Below are positions 29,699-40,761 of a stretch of DNA of 64,000 nucleotides, one piece after another. A model generated the notes under the pieces. That model was given only the letters and a program-made list of their open reading frames with translations. It did not search any database and was not told the DNA's origin. The DNA is taken from assembly GCA_964631415.1 (NCBI GenBank), contig CAZVZC010000001.1:100638-164637 (forward strand), in the 5' to 3' direction. This DNA comes from an uncultured archaeon. GTDB lineage: Archaea; Asgardarchaeota; Thorarchaeia; Thorarchaeales; Thorarchaeaceae. How positions within the stretch are numbered: position 1 is the first letter of the stretch; each line of letters opens with the position of its first letter. The position numbers and the translations under genes are program-made.

Positions 29699-31495
29699 TT
29701 GTCGAAGTCATCGTCTGATCAGTACTCTGATGCTGGGATTCTGCATGTATCTCTGAGCGACAGAAGCATCCGGAGAGAACCCTTGCCCCCCAGTCTGTTC
29801 ACTAACTTTCTTGGTGGTCGCGGCCTTGGTGTGAAGCTCCTGTATGACCGTCTTGCAGCTCGTGTCGATCCGCTGTCCCCGGACAACCTCTTGGTCTTCG
29901 CAGTGGGTCCTGTGACTGCAACAGCTGTGCCCACTTCAGGGCGTTTTGCAGTCGTCACAAAGTCACCCCTGACGGGCACCATATTCGATTCTAATGCTGG
30001 AGGCTCGTTTGGGGCACACCTGAGGCGCGCAGGATATGCCGCGATCATGTTTGAGGGTCGCTCAACGTCTCCTGTATATCTCTGGCTCAATAACGATCAT
30101 GCTGAGATACGCGATGCTTCAAATGTGTGGGGAACTGATACCCGCATCGCGACCCGGCAGCTGCTTGAGGAAACTGACTCCCAAGCGCAGGTAGCCTGTA
30201 TTGGTCCTGCGGGAGAAAACCGTGTGAAACTGGCTGCTATCATCACTGATGAACATCGCGCTGCGGGGAGGGGCGGAGTCGGTGCAGTCATGGGATCAAA
30301 GAACCTGAAGGCTGTAGTAGTGCACGGTACGGGCAATGCTGCAGTCAGCAACGAGCAGGCGTTGAACAAAGCAGTTGAACGCGCGCGTCGACTCATAAAG
30401 AAGAATGCAGTCACAGACAAGTCACTCCCTGTCTACGGCACAGCCGTGTTGGTGAGTGTCATCAACGAACACGGAATGCTGCCCACGCACAATTTTCAGG
30501 AGGGCACCTTCAATGATGCTGAAGGTGTGTCAGGAGAGAAACTGCTTGAGCGCCTGTTTGTCCGTCAGTATCATTGTCATGGTTGTCCAATTGGCTGTGG
30601 GCGCATCAGTCGTGTCCATAACGAAGAAGTGGGCGGACCCGAATATGAAACCATATGGGCTCTCGGTCCTCAGTGTGGCATAAACGACTTGGAATGGATT
30701 GCCGCCGCAAATCATCGGTGTAATCTGATGGGTATTGATACCATATCCATGGGGAGCACTATTGGCTGTGCAATGGAGCTGGTCCAGAAAGGTAAACTGA
30801 ATGCGCCATTGAGATTCGGTCGGACCGATGGGATCCTCGAGCTTATAGATGATGTAGCACTGAATAGGGGCTTGGGAGCGGAACTAGGAGAGGGTTCTCG
30901 AGCAACTGCATCGCGTCATGGCGCACCAGAGCTGGCGATGCAGGTCAAGGGTCTTGAGATACCAGCCTATGATCCACGCGGTGTACAGGGCCATGCGCTT
31001 GGGTATGCGACCTCCAACCGTGGCGGCTGCCATTTGAGATCCTATCTCATCGGGCCAGAGATAATGGGTGTCCCCGTCATCGTGGACCGGGATCGGACAG
31101 ATGGTAAGCCCGGTCTAGTGATTCTCTACCAGAACCTGTCGGCCTCGATGGACTCTATGGTTCTTTGCCGATTCACCAATTTCGCTTGGGCAGTGGACGA
31201 CTATGCTGACCTACTAGCTGGTTGTACCGGGCACCAGATTGACGGCCCTGGTCTACTCACACTTGGAGAACGTATCTGGAACTTGGAGCGCTTGTTCAAC
31301 CTGCGTGAAGGCCTGTCATCTCGAGATGACAAGCTCCCACCACGCTTTTCGACACCACTACCTGAGGGCGGCTCACGCAATCGCGTTGTCAATCTCGAAG
31401 AGATGCTTCCGAAGTACTACGCTCTTCGGGGTTGGGACAAAGAAGGTCGACCCACGAAAGAGCGGCTCAAGCGCTTGGGTCTTGCTAAAGTCTAG
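29699..31495 (+). CDS. aor: tungsten aldehyde:ferredoxin oxidoreductase
   Basis: LGGRGLG, KSPLTG, GRGGVGAVMGSKNLKA, CHGCPIGC, GPEYET, RGGCHL. Confidence 0.95.
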   Translation: MSKSSSDQYSDAGILHVSLSDRSIRREPLPPSLFTNFLGGRGLGVKLLYDRLAARVDPLSPDNLLVFAVGPVTATAVPTSGRFAVVTKSPLTGTIFDSNAGGSFGAHLRRAGYAAIMFEGRSTSPVYLWLNNDHAEIRDASNVWGTDTRIATRQLLEETDSQAQVACIGPAGENRVKLAAIITDEHRAAGRGGVGAVMGSKNLKAVVVHGTGNAAVSNEQALNKAVERARRLIKKNAVTDKSLPVYGTAVLVSVINEHGMLPTHNFQEGTFNDAEGVSGEKLLERLFVRQYHCHGCPIGCGRISRVHNEEVGGPEYETIWALGPQCGINDLEWIAAANHRCNLMGIDTISMGSTIGCAMELVQKGKLNAPLRFGRTDGILELIDDVALNRGLGAELGEGSRATASRHGAPELAMQVKGLEIPAYDPRGVQGHALGYATSNRGGCHLRSYLIGPEIMGVPVIVDRDRTDGKPGLVILYQNLSASMDSMVLCRFTNFAWAVDDYADLLAGCTGHQIDGPGLLTLGERIWNLERLFNLREGLSSRDDKLPPRFSTPLPEGGSRNRVVNLEEMLPKYYALRGWDKEGRPTKERLKRLGLAKV

Positions 31496-31549
31496 GCTGG
31501 AAAGGACTGCTCTCGCAAAACGGACAACAATGGAACTTCAGAACGAGGA

Positions 31550-33511
31550 TTGATTCAGCTGACAACAAGACCGGGTCGAGGAAGGAAGTTTCGGAGAGGG
31601 CACGCACCGTTCCTGACGAGAATTAGGTTCTACTGGTGTGACAGGTGCAATGTGCCTCGAATCGCGAACAGCAAGTGTTCGGTATGCACAACCCTGCCAA
31701 GACCCGTTGGGTTGTCTCCTCCTGGCGATCCGTTCCCGGCAATGGACGGCCATCTCGATCAAGCCATAAGGGCTGTCAATCGGCAATTCGGAGAAGGTGT
31801 AGGTCAGGTACTACTACCTCGCAATAAGACGATAGTCATGAACAAGGTATCGTCTCTAGATGCCATGTATGAGGTGGTTGTGGATGGATGTGTGATAGGA
31901 CGACTAAGATTTGACATTCCCAAGCTTGACTACACTTTTGTCCTGTCTCTGGAGGGCGGTAGGAGGATTGCCAGCGTCTGCAAGCAGAAGTGGGTTTCTT
32001 GTCATGAGGGGATTCTAGAGTATCTCAAGAAGGGGTCGAACTTGCTGGTCCCGGGAATTGCAGACTGCGACATCGGCATTGATGTCGGTGATGATGTTTG
32101 GGTGATAGACTCCGAGAAGCATGTGATTGCAGTTGGAGTGGCCCGCATGACAGGACCGGAAATGACCAAGTCAGAGAAAGGGTATGCAATCAAGATACGC
32201 GAGGTTGACGATCCACTGGAGGCGTCTGTGAACGACCAAGAGTCTTCTTGGAACAAAGCCGTGGAGGCGAACTCCAAGGACCTGCAGGCAATCGAAGCAG
32301 AGGCCATCGGATTCATCAGACATACCATTGAAACCCACAGCGCTCAAGTGGTCGTGGGCTTCAGTGGCGGAAAGGACTCCCTTGTCACATATCTCCTGAC
32401 TGAGAAGGCTCTGAACAGGAGTCCTCCCATCTTCTTCACAGACACGGGCTTGGAGCTCCCTGAAACAATCTCGTATGTGAGGGAGTTTGCACAGAGCCGT
32501 AATGTCGGGATAATCGGAAGAAGCGCTGGTGATCGGTTCTGGGAGTCAGTTGATGTCTTCGGCCCACCTGCTCGTGACTTCCGCTGGTGCTGCAAAGTAT
32601 TGAAACTTGGCCCGGCTGCGAAGTCCATATCTGATGACTTGGGTGGAGATGCGCTGGTCCTCATGGGACAGAGGAGGCTGGAATCGTTTCAGCGTTCTCT
32701 TGAACCCAGGGTGACCTCCAACCCGTGGGTCCCGGGGCAAGTTTCTGCGAGTCCGATTCAAAACTGGAATGCTCTTGAGGTGTGGCTCTACATATTCAGA
32801 GAGAGAGTTCAGTTCAACCCGATGTACAACAGGGGGTATCACCGGATGGGCTGCTACCTCTGTCCCGCCACTCCACTCGCCGAGCTGGAAAGCCTGAAGG
32901 ACACGCACCCAGTCCTCTATGAGCGATGGTATTCAAAACTGCTTGAGTGGACAGGAAGGTATGCCTATCCTGAGGAGTGGGCCAAGCTTGGATTCTGGCG
33001 GTGGAAAAAGCTGCCAAGTGGTCAGATGAGTCTGATTGAGGAGTTGGGTCTGAAGATCAAGACTGATCGAGAAGCGCCATCCGAAGCACTTGAGCTGAAT
33101 GTTGTGAAGGGTGTATCGCCATGCACATCTTCCGGATTCAGCATGGAAGGTCAGTTCTCCATGGGTTTGGACCTGAACAGGATTGCCAGGATCATGACAG
33201 TCTTTGGCAAGACACAAATGTCTGATGAACTGGGCGCATTGAGAACGCAAGCCGGTGGTATCAGTATTACCCTGTTCAGCTCAGGATCATTGGTGGTACG
33301 AGGAGAGAGCGAAGCCGCTGTCGACCGAGTCGTGAACCAGCTGCAGCGAGCAATCAGGCGGGTCGTCTTCTGTCAAGCATGTGGTTCTTGTGTCCCTCAA
33401 TGTGAACAGGGGGCACTGGACTTGGAAGACGGCAGGATATCGGTTGATGAGAACAGATGCACTCACTGTCTTAAGTGTGATAACTGGCCCTGTCCCACAT
33501 ATCTTGAATGA
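31550..33511 (+). CDS. PUA + PAPS-reductase-family PP-loop + 4Fe-4S protein
   Basis: N-terminal CxxC..CxxC, PUA, FSGGKDS, RWCCK, RMGCYLCP, C-terminal ferredoxin CQACGSC. Confidence 0.88.
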   Translation: MIQLTTRPGRGRKFRRGHAPFLTRIRFYWCDRCNVPRIANSKCSVCTTLPRPVGLSPPGDPFPAMDGHLDQAIRAVNRQFGEGVGQVLLPRNKTIVMNKVSSLDAMYEVVVDGCVIGRLRFDIPKLDYTFVLSLEGGRRIASVCKQKWVSCHEGILEYLKKGSNLLVPGIADCDIGIDVGDDVWVIDSEKHVIAVGVARMTGPEMTKSEKGYAIKIREVDDPLEASVNDQESSWNKAVEANSKDLQAIEAEAIGFIRHTIETHSAQVVVGFSGGKDSLVTYLLTEKALNRSPPIFFTDTGLELPETISYVREFAQSRNVGIIGRSAGDRFWESVDVFGPPARDFRWCCKVLKLGPAAKSISDDLGGDALVLMGQRRLESFQRSLEPRVTSNPWVPGQVSASPIQNWNALEVWLYIFRERVQFNPMYNRGYHRMGCYLCPATPLAELESLKDTHPVLYERWYSKLLEWTGRYAYPEEWAKLGFWRWKKLPSGQMSLIEELGLKIKTDREAPSEALELNVVKGVSPCTSSGFSMEGQFSMGLDLNRIARIMTVFGKTQMSDELGALRTQAGGISITLFSSGSLVVRGESEAAVDRVVNQLQRAIRRVVFCQACGSCVPQCEQGALDLEDGRISVDENRCTHCLKCDNWPCPTYLE

Positions 33512-33623
33512 TCGTGTGTCATGCCTTCTCGATGAAGGAGAGGTTTGACTTCCCCCTCCTGCTACTACGCTTCGACCGCTTCTGTAACAACAGGATTTGA
33601 CAAAAGGTTAATTACAGCGTCGG

Positions 33624-35027
33624 TTGTGGAAACGGACTCAGTGCTTTCTAGACAGCGGCGAAACATGGCGGTCTTTAGGAATGCTCACTGCTATCTCATA
33701 CAAGATATACGAGATGCGCAAGTATCTAGTCCTTAGTCTGCTTATCTCTATAATCGCCATACCTATCGCCGACTCCTTTGTCATTGAACGAGACCGCAAT
33801 CGAAATGAGATGTATGGGGAGGCATTCTGGATCTACGGTTTCGGCATCTACAACATGACAGACTCTCAACTGGCCAATGCACTTCCTCCGGAGTGGGGGT
33901 TTAATGATGGTCTGCACACTCTACCTGACTACTTGGGCAATATCACGTACGAATACCCTGTCTTCGGTCTCATATTCTTCGCAATCGCTGTATGGCTATA
34001 CCCGGGCGTAGGTGGACTGCAACACTGGTGGTTGAACTTCCTTCTTATTCTGGTGTTCAACCTCAATCTGATTCTAGTAGCCATCCTGTTGCGGGACAAG
34101 ATCTACAAGGTGCCTTGGGCACGTTTCCTGTTCGGTGGCTACTTTGTATATGGCCTCATAATGTCTGCTGGTGGGGGCAAGAACGAGCCTATCGCTGACT
34201 GCCTCATGCTGATGGCGCTCGTTCTCAGGAAGGAAGGTCAGATGAGAAAAGCCATGTTCACTCTCGGCTTGGCTGTGCAGGCCAAAATATACCCTGCAGT
34301 GATCTTTCCGATACTGTTTTTGGAGGCCCCTATTTCGGCTGTCTGGTTCTTAGTTTCCACACTCTTGACAGTGATACCATTTGCTTTTCTTGGGGCCAAT
34401 TTCGGTTCACTGATCTCGCACTTCCTCAACGCTGCGAGCTATTCGCTCTACATAGTCAACCCAATGTACTACGAGCTCTTTTTCGCGACTCCAAACCTAG
34501 GTACCAACCCGCTCACGTACTACATGTGGCCTCCTGCATTGGTTCCTCTTATTATCTACGTTACATTCATGGCCTATACAATACCACTGTACCTTCCATC
34601 GAGGCAGCAGTTCCAAGGTAGAACAATAGTCCAGAAGCTGCTGGTCCTCAAGCCCTTGTATGTTTATCTTCTCCCTGCCATACTCTTCCTGTACCGCTGG
34701 GTCATGCCGTGGTACCTGTTTTGGCTCGGAATCACGATTTTCCTATTCGACGATGACAAACAGGCCATAGGGTATCTAAAGCAGCTTACCTTAGTCGGTG
34801 TGGTCTACACATATGGTTTGTTGTGCAATGCGCCCTATTTCCTGAACGGCCCACTTCCTGATTTCATGGGGAATTTCACGTCTGGCTGGTACACTCTACT
34901 AGGGCTGTCTCTCATGGTCGGACTTACCGCTTTGTCGTACTTCGCGTGGAAGTGGACCTTTGAGCGTAGGGAACAAAAAGCGCGTTTCATCCGGGAGGCT
35001 GAGGCGCGCGGTGAGCTTGTGATCTGA
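33624..35027 (+). CDS. GT-C fold membrane glycosyltransferase (GT87/PIG-M-like)
   Basis: YEYP, LGLAVQAKIYP, PWYLFW motifs, about 11 TM; true start may be 33681 or 33714. Confidence 0.6.
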   Translation: MWKRTQCFLDSGETWRSLGMLTAISYKIYEMRKYLVLSLLISIIAIPIADSFVIERDRNRNEMYGEAFWIYGFGIYNMTDSQLANALPPEWGFNDGLHTLPDYLGNITYEYPVFGLIFFAIAVWLYPGVGGLQHWWLNFLLILVFNLNLILVAILLRDKIYKVPWARFLFGGYFVYGLIMSAGGGKNEPIADCLMLMALVLRKEGQMRKAMFTLGLAVQAKIYPAVIFPILFLEAPISAVWFLVSTLLTVIPFAFLGANFGSLISHFLNAASYSLYIVNPMYYELFFATPNLGTNPLTYYMWPPALVPLIIYVTFMAYTIPLYLPSRQQFQGRTIVQKLLVLKPLYVYLLPAILFLYRWVMPWYLFWLGITIFLFDDDKQAIGYLKQLTLVGVVYTYGLLCNAPYFLNGPLPDFMGNFTSGWYTLLGLSLMVGLTALSYFAWKWTFERREQKARFIREAEARGELVI

Positions 35028-35490
35028 CCTGACGTTCGCTGCCGTTGTTCCCATAGAAATCAATAATCCGCTTCCTTATCATTGTCGAGGAGTACAACCC
35101 CCCAACGTTCCCTTTTGCGAGCCTTACTATCTTCGTGCTCAAGCCATGTTCCCTGAGGCGTTTCTCAAGCCCCTCAATGTCGGTTTCTTGATCATAGCCC
35201 AGCGCTACTACATCAGGTCTATTGTCAATCACAATCGATGTATGATCATCAGTGTCATAGCCCAAGATTGCTTTGTCGACGACTTTCAAGGACTCAATCA
35301 ACCGCCGTCTCTGTTCCTCGGGGAAGACAGGAGGCGCTCCTCTCTCCCTCTCAATCGTCTTGTCAAGTGCGATTACGGCAATCAGTTCGCCATCTGGTCC
35401 GGCCAATGCCCTTGCCTGCTCCAGATATGCAATATGACCAAGGTGGAGAATGTCAAACTTGCCAGCCACTAGCACTCTCTTGCCGGTCAT
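34987..35490 (-). CDS. ribL: FAD synthetase (cytidyltransferase family)
   Basis: GKFDILHLGH, PDVVALGYDQ, SSTMIR. Confidence 0.88.
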   Translation of the reverse strand: MTGKRVLVAGKFDILHLGHIAYLEQARALAGPDGELIAVIALDKTIERERGAPPVFPEEQRRRLIESLKVVDKAILGYDTDDHTSIVIDNRPDVVALGYDQETDIEGLEKRLREHGLSTKIVRLAKGNVGGLYSSTMIRKRIIDFYGNNGSERQVRSQAHRAPQPPG

Positions 35491-35518
35491 CTGCCGCTTG
35501 CCTCCGCGTAGAACACAA

Positions 35519-35797
35519 CTAGTCCTCGTCCACTGCTAGGAATTCGCTACCCTCAGCGATCATCTCGATACGTCGCCTAGTCTTCGTTATCTGACTGACA
35601 TGAATGATGCCATTGATCTCAAGCTGCATCAGGGCCGAGTTCAGTTCAGCCTCGCTCGGTTCACCACCAAGTTCCTTCTTCAGAGCGCGCAGCAGTTCGT
35701 CATCCAATGCCACACCGTGGCGCTTCTTCAGAATGTTGACTACAAGGTTCCTGAGCGGTACAGCACTCCAAGTTGACATCTCTTCAGCACTCTCCAC
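35519..35797 (-). CDS. small winged-helix protein
   Basis: 92 aa; ELNSALMQLEINGIIHV; tightly coupled to cdc48. Confidence 0.7.
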   Translation of the reverse strand: MESAEEMSTWSAVPLRNLVVNILKKRHGVALDDELLRALKKELGGEPSEAELNSALMQLEINGIIHVSQITKTRRRIEMIAEGSEFLAVDED

Positions 35798-35800
35798 TCT

Positions 35801-37993
35801 TCATATGTATCCAGGAGGTCCGACCGAAACAACCGTGGTCCTGCGCATATCTTGGTTCAGCTTCTGGAAGCGTTCAAGGTCTTCGGCTCTGACCGATGGA
35901 TGAATCGACTTCAATGCGTCCTCAAAATGCCTCCAAGACACCTTCTCGGCCTGCATGTTTTCTCTGAGTGCACGCATCCCAGCCTCCCTGCAGAGGGCTT
36001 CGATGTCACCTCCGACGAAGTACGGAGTAGCTTGGACAAGCTTTTGGACGTCGACATCTGAATCAAGGGGCATGTTGGCCATGTAGATTCGGAAGATCTC
36101 CTCACGACTCTTTTCGTCGGGTGCACCGATGTAGACGAACCTGTCGAATCGGCCCGTGCGGAGCAGAGCAGGGTCAATCAGGTCTGGCCTGTTGGTTGCG
36201 GCCAATACGAGTATGTCCTTAGTGGTTTCAAGACCGTCCATTTCAGTCAGTAGCTGGCTGATGACTCTCTCAGTCACGTGACTGTCGCCAGCGGCCATGC
36301 CTCTGGTCGGAGCAAGAGCGTCAATCTCGTCGAAGAATATAATGGCAGGAGCCGCAGTCCTAGCCTTCCGGAAGACCTCGCGGATAGCTTTCTCGCTTTC
36401 GCCAACCCACTTCGACAAGAGTTCTGGTCCCTTCACGCTGATGAAGTTCGCTTCGCTCTCGGTGGCGACAGCCCTAGCAAGAAGAGTCTTTCCACAACCT
36501 GGGGGCCCAAAGATCAGGACTCCCTTGGGTGGAGTTATACCTATCCGACGGAACGCCTCGGGTTTCTTGAGCGGCCACTCGACAACCTCAATCAGTTCCT
36601 GTTTCTCATTTGCCAGCCCGCCAATCTCTTCCCATCTGACATTCGGTATCTCCACAAAGACCTCTCTGATTGCGGATGGCTGTACCTCCCTGAGTGCCCC
36701 AAGAAAGTCCTCCGCATTCACTTCCAGTTTGTCTAGAACCTCTTGAGGGATTTCTTCCTCCTCGAGGTTGATCTGGGGCAGATACCTTCTCAGTGCCTTC
36801 ATTGCAGCCTCTCTGCACAATGCTTGGAGGTCTGCACCAACGAAGCCATGAGTGACTTTGGCAAGATACTGCAGGTCGACTATGTTATCTCCCTCGGTTG
36901 TCAGCGGCATGCCTCTGGAGTGGATATGAAGAACCTCCAATCTGCCTGCTTCGTTGGGGACACCAATCTCAATCTCGCGATCAAACCGTCCGGGTCGTCT
37001 CAGAGCAGGATCGAGTGCGTTCAGCCTGTTGGTGGCTCCAATCACGACGACCTGCCCTCTTGACTTGAGGCCGTCCATCGTAGCAAGAAGCTGGGCAACC
37101 ACGCGTCGCTCGACCTCTCCTTGGACATCTTCACGCTTTGGTGCTATCGCATCTAGCTCGTCAATGAATATGATACTGGGGGCATTCTCTTCAGCATCCT
37201 CGAATATCTTCCGAAGCTTCTGCTCGGACTCGCCGTAGAACTTCGACATGATCTCTGGGCCGTTGATGTGAGTGAAGTTAGCCTCCGACTCGCTTGCCAC
37301 CGCCTTGGCCAAGAGAGTCTTCCCTGTGCCAGGTGGTCCATGGAGTATCAGTCCCCGCGGGGGGTCAATCCCGAGCCGCTTGAAAATCTCGGGATGACGC
37401 ATCGGCAGTTCTACCATCTCACGAATCCTCTGAATTGGCTCTGCCAGCCCTCCAATCTCCTCGTATGTGACCTGAGAGGCACCGATGGTTTCGCCAGTGG
37501 GCTTCTCTGCTATCACCAGTATGGTCGAGTGTTGGACCACTACCGTGCCCACAGGCTTGATTGCGGTGACCTTGAATGGTATCGCTCGTCCGAGGATGGG
37601 GATGAAGACAGTGTCTTGGACTGTGACCGGGCAGTTCAGAAGCTTCCTCTTCACGAATTCCTCGAACCTCGGTTCCGGACGGATTGGTACTGAGGTCGGG
37701 GCCAGTGTGACATTCCTAGCTGGCTCTTCATTCGCCTTCGTAACAGTGACCTTCTCACTGAGGCTGACGCCAGCATTTCTTCTTATCCTGCCATCCATCC
37801 GAATGATTTCGTGGCCCTTGTCCCCTTGATAAGCAGGCCATGCTATGGCTGCAGTGGCTCTCTTTCCCTTAATTTCTATGATGTCGCCGGTCCTGACACC
37901 AAGCTTCTCCATAGACACGGTGTCGATTCTTACGATGAACCTGCCTATGTCTCTGTGTTCGGCTTCGGCCACTTTGAGTATTATTTCGACCAC
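35801..37993 (-). CDS. cdc48: Cdc48/p97 AAA+ ATPase
   Basis: Two AAA domains GPPGTGKT and GPPGCGKT, N-domain, C-terminal GYI HbYX-like tail. Confidence 0.98.
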   Translation of the reverse strand: MVEIILKVAEAEHRDIGRFIVRIDTVSMEKLGVRTGDIIEIKGKRATAAIAWPAYQGDKGHEIIRMDGRIRRNAGVSLSEKVTVTKANEEPARNVTLAPTSVPIRPEPRFEEFVKRKLLNCPVTVQDTVFIPILGRAIPFKVTAIKPVGTVVVQHSTILVIAEKPTGETIGASQVTYEEIGGLAEPIQRIREMVELPMRHPEIFKRLGIDPPRGLILHGPPGTGKTLLAKAVASESEANFTHINGPEIMSKFYGESEQKLRKIFEDAEENAPSIIFIDELDAIAPKREDVQGEVERRVVAQLLATMDGLKSRGQVVVIGATNRLNALDPALRRPGRFDREIEIGVPNEAGRLEVLHIHSRGMPLTTEGDNIVDLQYLAKVTHGFVGADLQALCREAAMKALRRYLPQINLEEEEIPQEVLDKLEVNAEDFLGALREVQPSAIREVFVEIPNVRWEEIGGLANEKQELIEVVEWPLKKPEAFRRIGITPPKGVLIFGPPGCGKTLLARAVATESEANFISVKGPELLSKWVGESEKAIREVFRKARTAAPAIIFFDEIDALAPTRGMAAGDSHVTERVISQLLTEMDGLETTKDILVLAATNRPDLIDPALLRTGRFDRFVYIGAPDEKSREEIFRIYMANMPLDSDVDVQKLVQATPYFVGGDIEALCREAGMRALRENMQAEKVSWRHFEDALKSIHPSVRAEDLERFQKLNQDMRRTTVVSVGPPGYI

Positions 37994-38206
37994 TGCCTAA
38001 ACCCATCCTCCAGACTGGAAGTCCCATGGTTCAGAAACCGTAACGCCCCGCTTCTACGTCGTCAGACGCCCTGTTCCATGTTCTTTCGGTTTCCGCTCTT
38101 GAGCATTTCTCTACCTACAAATGCTCACCTACATGCATGTGGCGTTCTCACTCGCCCCGACAGCAATCAGAATATAAACTCTCACTTGGAGAGCTGCTTG
38201 TTTCCA

Positions 38207-38473
38207 TCACACTCTGGAAACCATCTCGACCTCGACCTGTGCAACCCCTTTCAGAGAGCTTATCGCCGTTTCTATGTCATCAGTTCCTCCGAGTGACTCA
38301 TCTCTTACGACATTCATCCTGAGCGCCTTCAGGCCGAATGCCACTGGGATGATCTCTGTGGCTCTGATGTCAGTCCCCTTTGGAATAGCCTTCTTGATTC
38401 GCTTGAGAAGGCTGTCAAGGTTGACGTCGACATCCTCTGGCATGACTTTCAGTGTGACTATGACTCTAGCCAT
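38207..38473 (-). CDS. ef1b: translation elongation factor 1-beta
   Basis: LKVMPEDVDVNL...PVAFGLKAL. Confidence 0.95.
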   Translation of the reverse strand: MARVIVTLKVMPEDVDVNLDSLLKRIKKAIPKGTDIRATEIIPVAFGLKALRMNVVRDESLGGTDDIETAISSLKGVAQVEVEMVSRV

Positions 38474-38491
38474 TCTGTATAGCCCCCAAAT

Positions 38492-38659
38492 CTATGGTCC
38501 GTCAAACCCACAACTAGGGCACTTGTACCTGTTTGAGAAACGCCTGCATGATTCGCAGCGCCAGATTGTGAATCCGCCGCAGGATGGACACTGGAACTTG
38601 ACGCAGTTCTCTCTTGGCGAGATAGAGCTGTGACACGAAGTACATCTGATTGCTTTCAT
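38492..38659 (-). CDS. DUF1610/HVO_2753-type zinc-finger protein
   Basis: [28 protein letters not shown]; usual position upstream of ef1b. Confidence 0.9.
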   Translation of the reverse strand: MKAIRCTSCHSSISPRENCVKFQCPSCGGFTIWRCESCRRFSNRYKCPSCGFDGP

Positions 38660-38852
38660 GACGGCCAAGACTATCACCAAAGAATCTTAGAAGGTGCTGG
38701 TCTTGGGGGCCCATCGGGGGACTTTTTATAAATCTACCGAACTGGAGCTGTCGTCTATTGTCCTACGACGCTGGATGTATAGTCCTGCATTGGCCAAGCC
38801 ATATATAGACAGCCTGATGTAGACATCTCAGAGCGATGCTGGGGATGGTCTG

Positions 38853-39887
38853 TTGGGAACAAAGCTCGGCGATATAGTGAAGGCAGAAACAATCTCGCTG
38901 GGTCAGCTGAAAGGGCGGGCGATTGCCATAGATGCCTACAACACTCTCTATGCTTTCCTGTCGACCATACGCCAGCCTGACGGGACTCCATTGATGGACA
39001 AGAAAGGCCGTGTGACGAGTCATCTCAGTGGGCTGTTCTACAGAAACCTAAACTTGCTTGAGGCCGGCGTGCGTCCTGTCTACGTCTTTGATGGCGCCCC
39101 TCCAGTGCTCAAGGCCGATGAGATTCAGCGCCGACGAAGTCAGCGGGATGCCGCATTCAAAGCTTGGGAGATAGCCAGAGAAGAAGGCAGGATTGAAGAT
39201 GCCCGACGAGCGGCTCAGGCAAGCTCACGACTCACATCAGAGATGGTTGAGGAGGGCAAGAAGGTGATTTCGGCGTTGGGGATTCCCATCGTCCAAGCGC
39301 CATCAGAGGGCGAGGCTGCTGCCGCGAAGATGGCGAGGGAAGGGCTTGTGTGGGCCAGCGCAAGTCAAGACAACGACTCGCTCCTCTATAACTGCCCTCG
39401 AATGATACGCAACCTTACGATTAGCGGCAGGCGTCGTGTGGCGCGTTCGAAGTCGTACAAGACCATTGAGCCGGAGCTGATAGATTTAGACCTGAACCTG
39501 AAGCACTTGGGTGTGACAAGGGAGCAGCTGATCGACATAGCCATCTTGGTGGGAACTGACTACAATCCCGGAGTAAAGGGTGTAGGTCAAAAGACTGCTC
39601 TGAAACTGGTTCTGAAGCACGGTTCACTGGAGGGCATAATTGCTCAGACAGATACAACCCTTGACTTCCCATTCCTAGAGATTCGCAGCATCTTCCTGAA
39701 CCCACCTGCTGTAGACCTGAAGCCCTTGAAGTGGACTGTCTTGGATCCGGATCAGCTGACTCGGGTTCTGTGCGACGAGCATGACTTCAGTACGGAGAGA
39801 GTGCAGAGTTCAATCAAGAAGCTTCAGGAAAACCTAGAAGAAACTCTCGGTTCGACAGAGCAGAGTGCGTTGAGTGACTTCCTATGA
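38853..39887 (+). CDS. fen1: flap endonuclease 1
   Basis: AIDAYN..Y.FL..IRQPDG, APSEGEA, GTDYN, PIP box QSALSDF. Confidence 0.97.
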   Translation: MGTKLGDIVKAETISLGQLKGRAIAIDAYNTLYAFLSTIRQPDGTPLMDKKGRVTSHLSGLFYRNLNLLEAGVRPVYVFDGAPPVLKADEIQRRRSQRDAAFKAWEIAREEGRIEDARRAAQASSRLTSEMVEEGKKVISALGIPIVQAPSEGEAAAAKMAREGLVWASASQDNDSLLYNCPRMIRNLTISGRRRVARSKSYKTIEPELIDLDLNLKHLGVTREQLIDIAILVGTDYNPGVKGVGQKTALKLVLKHGSLEGIIAQTDTTLDFPFLEIRSIFLNPPAVDLKPLKWTVLDPDQLTRVLCDEHDFSTERVQSSIKKLQENLEETLGSTEQSALSDFL

Positions 39888-39986
39888 TTGTCTGGCCTGA
39901 AACCGAGTAGGTGTTTGCCTGATAGTAGATTCCGAGAATGATAAATACCGACCTGTGCATCAAAAGATGCGGAAAGGGACCCACGA

Positions 39987-40676
39987 ATGCGTGACAGAAT
40001 GACTGCAGTCCGTGCGTCTGTCGCTGACATAGTGAACGGTGAATACACCGAGGATGAGGGGGCTAAGGTGGTGTCTCCCTTCGGTGTTGAACTGAGGCGC
40101 GTGGTGCTGGTCGGCCTAGTGGTCAACAGGTACTCTGGACAGGGCTTTTCCAGTATCACCATAGATGATGGATCTCAGACGATTCGGGTAAAGGCCTGGC
40201 GAGAAGATGCTAGTTCCCTCGAGAAGATCAGTTCCGGTTCGCTTGTTCTTGTTGTCGGGAAGATACGGAAGTACAACGAAGAGATACACATTGCACCTGA
40301 GATCGTTCGTGAGCTGAACGACCCAAACTCCATGACTCTTCACACACTCGAGCGTCTTAGGGGTGTCATGACTCTAAGCGGAGTGTCAACTCCAGAAAGC
40401 TCTGGTCTTGAGGACGAGGAGATGGGCGCGGTCATCTCGGTGCAGAAGGAGTCAGGCCCTGTGGAAGATTCATCATCGGGGCTAAAGTTGAAACACATTC
40501 TGCAGTACATCCAGCAGAATGCACGGCCTGATGGCGTGCCAATCGAAGACATTGTCACGTTCTTTGGGACAAGAGGTCATGCAAAGACTGACATTCAGCT
40601 CAAGGTCATTGACCTTCAGGGGGAAGAGAAGATCAGAGAGGTCAAGGCCGGGCGCTACGTTCTAACCGAGCCGTGA
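39987..40676 (+). CDS. RPA32-like OB-fold + winged-helix ssDNA-binding protein
   Basis: RVVLVGLVV..IDDGSQTIRVKAW..VVGKIR; acidic linker; C-terminal wHTH. Confidence 0.75.
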   Translation: MRDRMTAVRASVADIVNGEYTEDEGAKVVSPFGVELRRVVLVGLVVNRYSGQGFSSITIDDGSQTIRVKAWREDASSLEKISSGSLVLVVGKIRKYNEEIHIAPEIVRELNDPNSMTLHTLERLRGVMTLSGVSTPESSGLEDEEMGAVISVQKESGPVEDSSSGLKLKHILQYIQQNARPDGVPIEDIVTFFGTRGHAKTDIQLKVIDLQGEEKIREVKAGRYVLTEP

Positions 40677-40761
40677 CCAATGCCATAATTCCGAGTCCTT
40701 TGCCCGACAGATACACTGCCCGAGCAGAAGCTTCAATAGTGCAAGCAACTTGCCCTCAAGC

